Source of the DNA: Dimorphilus gyrociliatus
Lineage: Eukaryota > Animalia > Annelida
DNA length: 64,000 bases
Reading direction: 5' to 3'
Assembly (NCBI GenBank): GCA_904063045.1
Contig: CAJFCJ010000001.1
Span: 2,108,001-2,172,000 of the forward strand
The notes below the pieces were generated by a model. It did not search any database, had not been told where the DNA came from, and saw only the letters and a list, made by a program, of their open reading frames with translations. This document shows positions 51,660 to 62,858 of the stretch, one piece after another. A program made the position numbers and the translations under genes. How positions within the stretch are numbered: the stretch's first letter is position 1; each line of letters opens with the position of its first letter.

Positions 51660-54430
51660 TATATATTTATACATTATAAAAAGATAAAATGTTTCCGCTC
51701 TTTCACCTTAGCACCACTATCTACGGCGTCGTGCATAATTTGTAGCCATCCTTTAAATGTAGCCTGGTATGACAAGCCGATTGTTTGACATGTTTGTTCA
51801 TTTTGCTTTTATTGATTTTATTTAATTTTTAAAAAAGAGGATAAAGTAAAGGTGTAAATAGGAAAGGATAGGATGATTGGACTTGCTGAGGACTGTTGTT
51901 GTAATTTTAAGAAATTAATAAAAGGTATTTAAAAATAATATCTGAGAAAAAGCAGGACTGAGTGATGAAGTGGAAGAGGAGGATGAAGGCAAGAGGAAGA
52001 AAGATACAGATTCTTTTTTAAATGGGAAAATGATATTATTAAGATGAGTGATTTTTAGTAGGGATGAGTGATTGAGATTATATTTATTAATATACAGTAT
52101 ATATCTAAATAATAACTTACCAGTTGGAGAAGTGCCAGAAGGCTCATTAGGACGTTATCAAAATGAATTCGAGAATTTTTCCATGTGTAGTTATAACCTG
52201 CTTTTGATAAATTCATGCAAGTAGCATAATCGGGAACATGGCTGGTGTTCAAACGTTCGTCCTTTTCATTTACGCATTTGTAAAATCTACCACTAAATAA
52301 TTGAACGCCCATAATTGCAAATATCAACCAAAAGACAAAGCAGACCAATAATACGTTAAAAATGGATGGTATAGCTTGAATTAAAGCATTCACGACCACC
52401 TTCATAGATTCCCATCTGGAGACGGCTCGTAGAGGTCTGAGAGCCCTCAGCGTTCTTAACGCTCTAAACGCTGATATATTACCTAATCCTGATTCCTCAG
52501 CGGCTAAACTAACTAAGGATATGGCGACGATTATAAAATCCAACCAGCACCAAGCGTCTGTAAAATATTTCTTAAAACCATAGGCGGCCCATTTAACAAG
52601 CATTTCAAAAGCAAAGATTACGGTGAAGACCTTATCCATATATTTTAAAGCCAATCTTAAAGTTTGTCTTTGTGGTAGATGTACGTCCTCAATAGCCAAA
52701 GTTAAAGAAGAGATGACGATCATGACGATGATGAAAGTTTCAAAGTATTTGTGTTCTACCAATTGATAAGTATAACACCGAAAAGACCACCATTTTTTCC
52801 CCAGTGGCGTTTCGTTAAGACTTGTACAGCATGCAGATTTACAGAGGAAGCTTTGGAAAGAAATATAGATTTGTTATTAATCGTTTTTGCTATATTTGGT
52901 TTCGCTGATTTACCTTTGCATACAACACTTTGGGCAGCACTCATCCGGATATCTGACGAAAATAACGTTAACTTCGTTAATTTCCGGTTGTTCGTTAGGA
53001 TCAATGGGCCCCTTTTGCAATTGGGAATCCTGAGAACCTAGTGAATATGTCGAAGTAGCGCCTCCTATTGACTGCGAGAAGGACGGATAGGTTCGTGTCT
53101 CATAGGAGTCGACCGATTTGGAAGCAGATGTTGATGAGACCACAGAAGCTTTGCTTTCCTTCTCCTTTAAGGAATTCCTTTCTTCATCCTCCTCTCTTTC
53201 ATCTAACGAATCAATTAGATGATAATTAACCTCCTTTAAGTACTAAATTATAAATATTATTTATCCGGATAATATTTAATTTATAAGGGATAAGATATCT
53301 AGAAAACTATCGTAACACTCTATCTAATTGATTGAATATTCATTATCGTAAAAGTCAAAGGGTTGATTCGATAATTCAATACTTAATACCAAATCAAATT
53401 TGGATGCTAAACAAATCAACTTATAACGACTTTTCATGCAATAAATAAATAAATAAATAAACCAACAAAACTGCAAAAACAAGAAAAGAAAACGAAAAAA
53501 TCAGGTCTATATAATTCTTCATTTCAACTGCAAATTTGTACAAAATTCAACAAAATCAAATGTTTTTTTCTATAACAATTAAAAATAAAATTTAATAAGA
53601 CAAAGAGAAGAGAAAATAAATATTTATTAAAGAAAAAAGGATAAGACTATTCCTCACTAGATGGCATTGATTTGAAATCTTTATTACACTTGCACTATGC
53701 TATATATGAGATGGCTAGTGCATAAAGAAAAGAGATTGAAAATGGTCGAAAAAAGGGCAAAAAAAATCAATGTGCTGCTCCACAACTGGTAACATGATTT
53801 CTTTGACGAAAGTCATATTCAAAGATGTTGAAAATTTACACTGGAATCATCTATGAAAAATCCCATGCTCAAATAAAAGATATAAAATCTGATATAGAGA
53901 GGATAACATTAAATACCATTAATTATAAAAGCAATCGACTATCAAGCTGATACTAGGTACAAATAGAAACACTATATTTACTATACTAGACATTTCTCTG
54001 TACAAGTATGACCTGAATGGTGTTTCTTGTATAAATTAACATACCGTGAGCTAAAATTGGTACATATCCAACTTTCGACCCTTTTACGAGTCTTACTTGC
54101 TGACCATCTTGAAGAAAAAAACACAAAAGGAAAAATGGTTTAAATTCTCTAGTTATAGCTAATTTCATGTTCGTTAATACTACAAAAAGAACGATATTAG
54201 AAAATAACGTGACGGAGATGAAATCTTCAGCCGACTATCTAAATACGGATATGTTTTCTTAATTCTCATAATGTTGTTGTGTCTTATATACAGATATTCA
54301 ATGAAATCATAATAAATTTTAAATAAGAGGAAAAGAATAGGGGGAAGGAGAACAAAGAATGGAAGGCAGCCAGAATGGAAATAAGATAAAAAGAAATATA
54401 TAAATGAGTAGGAGAGGTGGGGAGGGGGAC

Positions 54431-54475
<45 letters not shown>

Positions 54476-57400
54476 TAAAGCGTGGTGAAAAAAAAGATAC
54501 AAAATAAAGATAGATTGAAAGATAATAGAAGAATATGCTTTAATTTACTTCCAGTCTTTTTGACACGAAAGACATATAACATTTCAAATTATCTAAGTAA
54601 CGGTATACTTGTATTCTTGCGTACCAGAAAATATGAAATTATTAAGTATGTATATAGTAGCTATGTACTGTTTATAGTGCAATCAAGTATATATGCATAT
54701 ATATTGTATATGTGTAAATATGGCTAGGATTGTATGTATCCGATTTTCAGATCAAATAAAATAAAAATTTAGAAATTACGTTAAAAGCAGAGATAGAAGT
54801 AATTATGGCTCTTTCTGCGTATCAATAAAACAATACAGTGTAAATTCTTTAGGATAGTTGTTGTTATTAGTTAACTTATAAGAGAGTACTCTTAAAAGAT
54901 TAACAATACATTTCTCTTTTTCCAGTCTCTTTCTCTCTTTCTTTTTCCTTCCTTAGTACAATAGTTTCTTTTTCTATTTGCCTCTCTCACTATACTCTTT
55001 CTATTCTATTATACATTATTCTAAATAGTGCTCATTTTGTAGGAGGTATTAAGATGTATAGAGAATGTGTATAGTATGTAGACAATGTCTATTCTAATAT
55101 TTGTATTTTCTAAGCTTAATGTTATTTGCTCTCCATTTAAAAGTCTTAAAAAATAAAAAATGATAAATTGTAAAGAGATAGATTAAACTTAATTAATGAG
55201 ATGATGTTGCATCAATATTGGTAATGAAACTACCAACTGACAACTAGACTTTTATAGACAAAAAGAAAACGGATTTTCTCATTGCATTGGCTCTATCGGT
55301 TAACCGAATCGTATTGATTAATTAATAGCCATAAATAAAATAAACAAATAAACATAATTGAATGTAAATATGTGTACAGTGTTTTGTATATAAATTTGAT
55401 ATTATTAGTATATAACCAACCTTTTCCTCCGTAAACGTTCTCTTCCTCTTCCTCCGAACTTTGTGGATCGCATACACGTCCGTTTCGTAGTGGTGGAACA
55501 TTAATAGTACTTTTAAGATCCACTTTCACTAAACCTCCATCTGATTGCTTCATCCTAACTTTAAAGCAATAAAGCATGTGACTCTTGACGAATATAGCGA
55601 ATCGATTTATTCTATCGACAGCCTCCTACAAGCACGATTTCCCATTTTCGATCATATTCAATATTTATTCAATTTATGTGTATTAGTTTTTAAGAGGCAA
55701 ATAGAAAGGTAAACGGGAGCTTCGTTAAGGAATTCCCTTATGATATTTACAATATCAGAAGGTACTTTTTTTAGTATGGTTTGGGAATTTAATTACAAGA
55801 TAAAACAATTCCGTAGTGTTAACCTTATTAATTTTTTACAGAATTATTTCCAAAATATAACCAAAATGCTCCCTAAAATATTGTACTTAAAAGGAATGGT
55901 TTGCATTGTTTTAACTTCTTTTCGAAATGAAGTTATATTAGCTTTTGCCTAATAATTAAAATATAAGAAATATATTTAATCGAGGGGGAATCGTGCCTGC
56001 AATTTATTCGGTTCGGAATTATCTTGGGATTGTTGTAGACTCTCTGCTCCGAAGCTGGACAGCATCAAGGCCAAGAAAAGATTAAGAACAACCAAATTGG
56101 CTATTATCATAGTTAGTAGGAAGAAAGGAACGCAGACGTAGCCGGCGACTACCATACAGTCCCACATTGATTCTATCCATTCACCACACAGTACACGGAA
56201 GACAATCATAAACGAATGAAGAGAATCGATAAAATTCCAACGGGGCATTACGCAACCTCGAAATTTGCATTTTTCAACACCCTCTAGCTGGTAATTATGA
56301 CCGAATAGTTGCATACCCATAACAGCAAAAATAAAGATGATAATTATCAGAACGAAAGTCAAGTTGCCAAGAGCTCCTAATGTTCTCCCTATAATACCAA
56401 TGAGAAGATTTAAAGTTGGCCATGATTTGGCTAGTTTAAACACTCTCAGCTGTTTTAGGGAGAAAAAAGAATTAAAATTAAAGATAAATTGTAGATCATA
56501 AAGAGGAAAAGGAAATAGAAGGAAGAGAAATAGATATAGATAATTCCTGAAGGCCTTACTCTAGATAAATTATTTTAAGATGCTCATTGCCTGGGGTGTA
56601 CCCAGGGAATGTATCGTATATAAGGCATTTTGCGATATTAATGAGCTGTACTTTCTAAAAAAAAGTAGCTACCACTCTTTCACTATTTTCTTTTATACAA
56701 ATCCCCATTCTCCCACTTTCCCTTTTTTTCTTTACCCTAACTCTGGGGACTTTTACTTGTCTAAATACTTTTTTATTAAATTTTTTCTTTCTCTAAATTT
56801 ATGCTTACCAATCTAAAACTCCTTAATATGGACAAACCCTTCACGTTCGCCAAACCTAGTTCAATCAAACTTAGGATGACAATAATTATATCGAAGCAAT
56901 TCCATCGATCCTTCAAATAATTAATTGGGCTGAGGGCTATCAGTTTAAGAATTGCTTCAGCCGTAAAAATGGCCGTAAATATATAATTTCCGTTATTTAA
57001 AGTAATCTCCAAGCTCGAACTCATACCGTGTTGATCTAGAGCCATGAAAAATGTATTAGCTAGTATGCACAGTGTGATAAAGAGATCGACGAAGGCATCC
57101 ATTATGAACCATTCTACGTAAGTAGTGAATTTATTCCAACAGGGGCAACATTGCCATCCGCCCACTAATCGTCTGGCTTTCAATTTGAAGAATTCCACTT
57201 TAGACATGCTGCCCATGTCGCTCAGGAAACCTGAAAGGTCCAAAGCTGAAACGTGTTGGGAATATTTATCTATCCCATTGGCCCTCTTTTATTTTCCATC
57301 CTAACTCCTTTCCCACCTCTTTTTTTAATCAATGAGGAAAAGTTAATGAAGCCTTTTAACAATTAAATATCGCCTTACAACAAGTTACGCCCCTTTATCT

Positions 57401-60109
57401 TTTCCTCCCACGCCTTTTTCTACCTCTTATCACCAAACTTACTTTGCCTTTTACCCGAAGCGTGATCTATCAAATCTTTCAGCACCATCACATCTGAAAC
57501 ATGCCGAAAAAATGGTGATAGAAGAGAGATTGAATGGTGTAAGTGAGAACGAAACAAAACACCAAATAAAAAGGATAAACAAATAATATTTCATTAATAG
57601 TTTAAATATTAATCATCTAAACATAGTCAAAGCACCTATGCAATTGAAGAGTATAAAGACGCTATCAAAACTTTAACGATATGTTAGATGTCATCAATAA
57701 TAAAATAGTAATGAAGAGATTCAAAGTGAGAGAATGATTTAGGAATAAAATGATAAATTAACTTTGAAAGCAAAAAAGTAAGATGGTAAACCTTTCATGT
57801 CGACCATTGTAGTGCTAGGGGTTCTGCAGATGAATGGGTTATCGGCGAATAATTTTCCTTTTTCGTGGTCTCTCCCGATAGGTGTTGCTTCTTCTCCACT
57901 AGAAGAATCATTTTCGTCAGATTTTGTTCTGTCAACTACTACTTGAGGTAATAAAGGTTGAGTCTTCCTCGATTGAGGAGTACCGAATTGGAAATGAGTT
58001 GGCTCTTTTTGTCTCTTAAAGTGCGCGAAAGATGCTAAATCATTATAGTCAGGACCCCTAATACCATGGGTTGAAGCTTTACTTGAGGTAGTAGATGATA
58101 ATCTTCTTCGTAAGTCTAAGTCTGATGTTGGTGTTGCTGCATTTGAATCGTCTACATAAGGTAAATTAAGGTTATCCAAATATGGCAAGATGTATGGTTG
58201 TTTGTCGGCGTTAACGGCCATAAGGGCGGGACGACTTCCTGCAGGACCCACTGGAAAAAAGACATCACTCAAACTCAAATTTTATACATTTTATTAATCT
58301 GTAGAAAATTTTAAGATTCAATAAACAGCTGACAAGGGAATTGAAAGGGATTTTGGAATTATCTCAAAGCAACGCTTTGACGCTTTCTGGAGCTCTCTGG
58401 ACAGTTTTGGACGCTTACGATAAAACAAGCTTAGGACTTAGAAGAAAATTCTGTTGCCCTAGTAATTTTATTTTTTAAAACAATTTACTAACCCATTGGG
58501 CGCGATCTCCTCCAGAGTAAAGTCTGGCTTCCGGTTCTGGTGGGTCGACGTACGGCTAACGATGGTGAACCTGGTAGACTGAGACTGGCATGAACTTTTT
58601 TCCCCTTTGCATTGATAATAGAAAAGCGACGGGCGGATGCAGGACATTCGGATTTTATAGAAATACGCTCTTTTTCGTCGAGAGCAGAAGCTAAAGCGGA
58701 AGCTCTTCTGTACATACTATCCTGTGAATCAGCTGAAGGGCTTTTCTTCTGAGCGTGCTGTTCGGCTAGTAGTGCCAATTGTCGGGCTTCTTCTTCTGCA
58801 AGCAAAGCTTCCTCCTCTTCTTCTTCCTCTGCTTCTTTGTCCTAAAAGAAAACTCATAGATGAAGGAATGCTTTCTCAATAATTATACTCTTTTTCTTAG
58901 ACATACCACTCTATGCATGGCAGATAAATACTGTTACTCTATTGCTGTTTTTGTTTAACGTTGTGCAAAGATTATTACTTAATGGAATCGACACGAAATT
59001 AGAACTAATTATAATACACTCGTTGGCAAAGGTCTATTTCTTTTTTCAATTAACTTACATTTTGATCTTTTAAATAAATCATCTTATACTCTCTTTTCTT
59101 CCAAGAAAACATCACTAAAAGCACATTAAAGACGAAGAAAAAAAGACAATTTAGCCATGATCTATTATTCTTTTAACTTCACTTCAAAACTAACAATTCT
59201 TTTAAATTTTCCATATGTTTTTGAGTGAACATTTAAATAGTTTAATAATGTCTCTCTAAAGATATTTTATGAGCGTCTAATAATCTCTATTATTTTAGAG
59301 GACGTCTAAGAGCAAAATTGAGCTTTGGATAGGAGGATTGTGAAGATGAGAATAAACATAGAAACATTTTCGAATATCTGACAGAATTTCCTAAATAACA
59401 TTGTCATGATGTCTTTCTAATAGGAAATTCTCTATATTTTTGTATACGTGGAGAAAATTGTATAGAGAGCGACGAGAATTGACTGTATAGAATATGACCG
59501 AGAAAATGGACAAAAAATTTACTGTGAATTTTTCTATCTGCATAGAAATGTCGATGTTCATATTCTCTTTAGATACAATACTTTTTTCTATTTGTTTGAA
59601 ACTAAGAGGTAGTTAGGAACAGACGAGTAAGCAGAAATGTTTGAATGGAAGCCAAGGGTTTAAGCAGACTGAACTGTTTAAAAATATTACCTGCTTCTGC
59701 TGTTCATCGTAAGACATGGCGACGATAGCTAAAATCAGGTTAACGAGGTAGTAGCTCCCAAGAAAGATGACTAGAACGAAGAACAACATATGCCATAGTC
59801 CATTCGCTCTGATAATCAATTGATAAAGATTCTCCCAGTAGTCCTGGGTCATTAGCCGGAAGGCGCAAAGCATAGCCCAAGCCATATTATCGAAACTAGT
59901 AAATCCGTAATTGGGATTTTCTCCGGTTATTACGCAAGTATAATTTTCAGGACAAAGTCTGTATGAATGTAGAAAGTAAAAGTATCAATGAAAATCAATT
60001 TTTCGCAGAATTTTTTAATCTTAATGTATTCCGCTCATGCGTTTAGAGAAAAATAAAACTCATTTACGTCTGTCAAAACGCAAATCAACCTTAATAGATC
60101 AAAAAATTG

Positions 60110-60153
<44 letters not shown>

Positions 60154-60612
60154 TATATATATATATATATATATACAGTAGTATATACTTTAAACTAGAA
60201 AATATATCAATATGCATAAATGAATATGTTCCGATGACGTGAAGATTAAAAAAAAACCGGAAACAGTTAGTGATTACTGAGAGTGATTAGTCTGCTTCTC
60301 GGAGTAATATCAAGATAATTAGGAATATGTAATCTCAAAAAAGAATTTTTTCTTTAACTTTTAGTATACTAATGATATACTGTATATATATATATATGTA
60401 GATAATTGTCAAATCGGAAGATATCTGTTTATATTATGTCAAGATTAATAATTGGAATAATTTAGGAAACATATAAAAAAGGAAAGACACATGTAAATAC
60501 ACTAATCAATTAGTAATGTAAATATATATGCTGTATCTAAATTATTCCGATTTTTTTTGTCTATATGTTAAAATAAAGAAAAAAGATGTATACTATATAT
60601 ATACATACAATC

Positions 60613-60652
<40 letters not shown>

Positions 60653-62033
60653 GTATACATTTACACATATGTAAAAATATTTAAAGTTAGTTAATCATAA
60701 CATTTAGCATTCGGGAGGTAACAGAAAGAAATAATAGGAAAAGGTGCCAAAAACCTCATTTTATGCATATCTTAATTAAATATTGTTAATGATAATAATT
60801 ATTGTTTAATATTATAAAATATTTTGAGATTCTTGTTCTTATTATATTAAAAAAGGATATAAATATATCAAAATATAAATTAAGAGAGATATATAGCAAA
60901 ACAAGAAGTAGAAATTATATACAATTTTAATAAATGAAAGAGAAATTATGATTAAAATGATAGAAAGATAGAAAGAAAGAATTGAAAAAAAATGTATAAA
61001 AGAAAAAAAAAGTTATAATTTCTTTATTCTTTTTCTTATAAAAAAAAAAGAAAGATTAAAGAAAAGTAAAGATTAAGCGTTCGATCCTTTTAAACGAACA
61101 TTGATGAACAAAAATCAAAAAACAGAAAGATACTTTTTTTTTTGTTTGTTAATTTTTTTTTTAAAGGTATTTTTTTAAGTTCATCCTTACCCGCCTCCGC
61201 ATAATTTAGGAGAACCGTCCTCGTAATACCAACGAGCTGAAAATGGTGTGAAGGTTAAGGTCAAGGTAAGGGGACCCTCGCCACTAAGGTCAATTCTAAA
61301 GAGAGTTGAAATGTTTTTTTTTTTTTTTCATTTTTTCTTTTGTGATTACATTCTTTTCTTTTTTTTTATATATAGTTACAATGTTAAAAGTGGTTCGGTA
61401 TCATTTAATTATCAAGTTGCAAATTCTACTGGTTTTTACCTACATTTTTGGAATTTGGAATGGTTAAAGCTGTTCACATAAAGACAGTTTGAATAAAGAG
61501 TATTATTTTATATAAAAACTACATGTTATACATTTATAATTGAAAATTTTTCAACTGAAAAGATCCTAGAATTATTCATCTGTTAAATTTTATAAATAAA
61601 GGTCGAACGGTCGACAACTGTACAAAATGTCCAACTCTTTCTTTTTTTTGTTTTAGATAAAAACAGTTTAATAACGGTTTAGGGCAATATTAAGTAATAT
61701 TTAGGGTTTATAGTTGGAGGGGGAGTTGCTCAGTTCCATGAATTTTATATGTGGTAAAAATAGGCATGAAATATGGTTCACTTTATGAGAGATACTAAAA
61801 TAAAAAACCTTCAATAAGCAATCAACGTTCGGAGATAAGGATCAAGTAAAGATACAATCAAACTGTCTTTATATGCAAAGCTTTTTTTCGGTAAGAATCG
61901 TGTCCTTTCTAAAGAAGTTTGTGAAAGATTTTGTCGTTCCTATGGAAACGTCATTACAGTACAGTGCGGATATCCAACAACTTTTGCAACTATATATACA
62001 GTGTATATATACATATATAGATATATATATAAA

Positions 62034-62074
<41 letters not shown>

Positions 62075-62392
62075 TTATGTACATATAAGTATAAACTTAA
62101 TTCCTACGACCTACTAAATAGCGATTATTATTGAAATATAGAGGGCGAAGTTGGATAAATTTCTACTCACTTTTGTTTTCGTAGTACTTCTGCAGCAGTT
62201 CGTCCCGTTCCTCTGTATCCGTTATATTCGTTATATCTTCCGGCGCGTCTTGCACACATTTTCTTTTTAAACTTCCCTGATAAATTTGTAAGCCAACCAA
62301 AGCAAAGATTGATAAGACAAAAACCGTCAGTATCATTACATCACGTAGACGCCGAACGGCTTCCATTAACGCTCCGACGATCGTTTTCAGGC
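48756..62392 (-). CDS. Voltage-gated sodium channel alpha subunit, Nav1 (para/SCN type), DI-S5 to C-terminus; 5' exons lie beyond the window
   Basis: Exons 62392-62171, 61236-61191, 59958-59691, 58841-58493, 58250-57792, 57493-57443, 57230-56809, 56449-55997, 55625-55421, (54107-54045), 53202-52914, 52850-52121, [51763-51707 or 50827-50774], 50485-50348, 50287-50180, 50108-49533, 49463-48756 join in phase. DEKA filter (QDYWE, GEWIE, FKGW, SAGWD), MFMT inactivation motif, EF-hand-like and IQ (ARIIQRTW) tail. Confidence 0.97.
50774..50827 (-). CDS. Nav domain III pore exon, variant B ([18 protein letters not shown])
   Basis: 54 nt, strong polypyrimidine tract, GCAG|GCG...GAG|GTGCTG, phase 0 on both sides. 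Confidence 0.9.
51707..51763 (-). CDS. Nav domain III pore exon, variant A ([19 protein letters not shown])
   Basis: 57 nt, CCAG|GCT...AAG|GTGAAA, phase 0 on both sides. Confidence 0.85.
54045..54107 (-). CDS. Candidate 63-nt cassette exon in the Nav DII-DIII linker ([21 protein letters not shown])
   Basis: TTTTTTCTTCAAG| acceptor, G|GTATGT donor, phase 1 on both sides matching the flanking exons, no stop. Confidence 0.6.
54431..54472. repeat. (GA)n microsatellite
   Basis: GA run in a Nav intron. Confidence 0.9.
60117..60149. repeat. (AT)n microsatellite (similar runs at about 51598-51651, 60617-60648, 62040-62065)
   Basis: Direct reading. Confidence 0.9.
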
Positions 62393-62681
62393 CTAAAGAG
62401 AATAACGTACACTTTAGTAGACATGACCTCACTAGCATTTATATTTTTGTCTGCTTTTATAATATCGATGTATTTTAGAAATTTGCAAATAATTCAAAAG
62501 GTCGTGGGATGCTATTCAATCTATGTCCTCCCCCAATATTTTTTTCCCTTTGTCTAGAAGTAATACTCTTATTTATAAAAGCAAATTCCCTAGAATGGCC
62601 TAAGAAAACAGGAAAGACTGTATGAGAAACATGGAGAGGAAGAAAAGAAAAGAAACTATGAAAAAAAAGAAATAAAATAAA

Positions 62682-62858
62682 GAGAGACAGAGAGAGAGAG
62701 AGAGAGGAGAGGAGAGGAGAGAGAGACTGGTTAAAATAAATCAAAAGCCTTAAAGTGGTTGCTGTCTTTTTTCACGTTTCTATTTGTACTTTTCATCTAA
62801 ACATTAAAAGCTATAAAGACAAGACATACTGTATGTGTGTGTGTGCGTGTGTGTGTGT
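62682..62858. repeat. Purine (GA/GGA)n tract at 62682-62727 and (GT)n tract at about 62834-62858
   Basis: Direct reading, in the Nav intron upstream of exon 62392. Confidence 0.8.

Noticed and set aside
53690-53722. Short inverted repeat TGCACTA...TAGTGCA in a Nav intron (miRNA-like?)
   Set aside because: Only a 7-bp stem, and no match to miRNA seeds I recognise.
54284-54582. ORFs with LSLSLS or YIYIYI runs (also 46816-47049, 60035-60217, 62475-62744)
   Set aside because: Translations of (GA)n and (AT)n microsatellites.
60853-60860. ATATCCTT (U12 donor consensus) on the minus strand, and GTATCCTT at 15417-15424
   Set aside because: Not at exon boundaries, and expected by chance in very AT-rich DNA.
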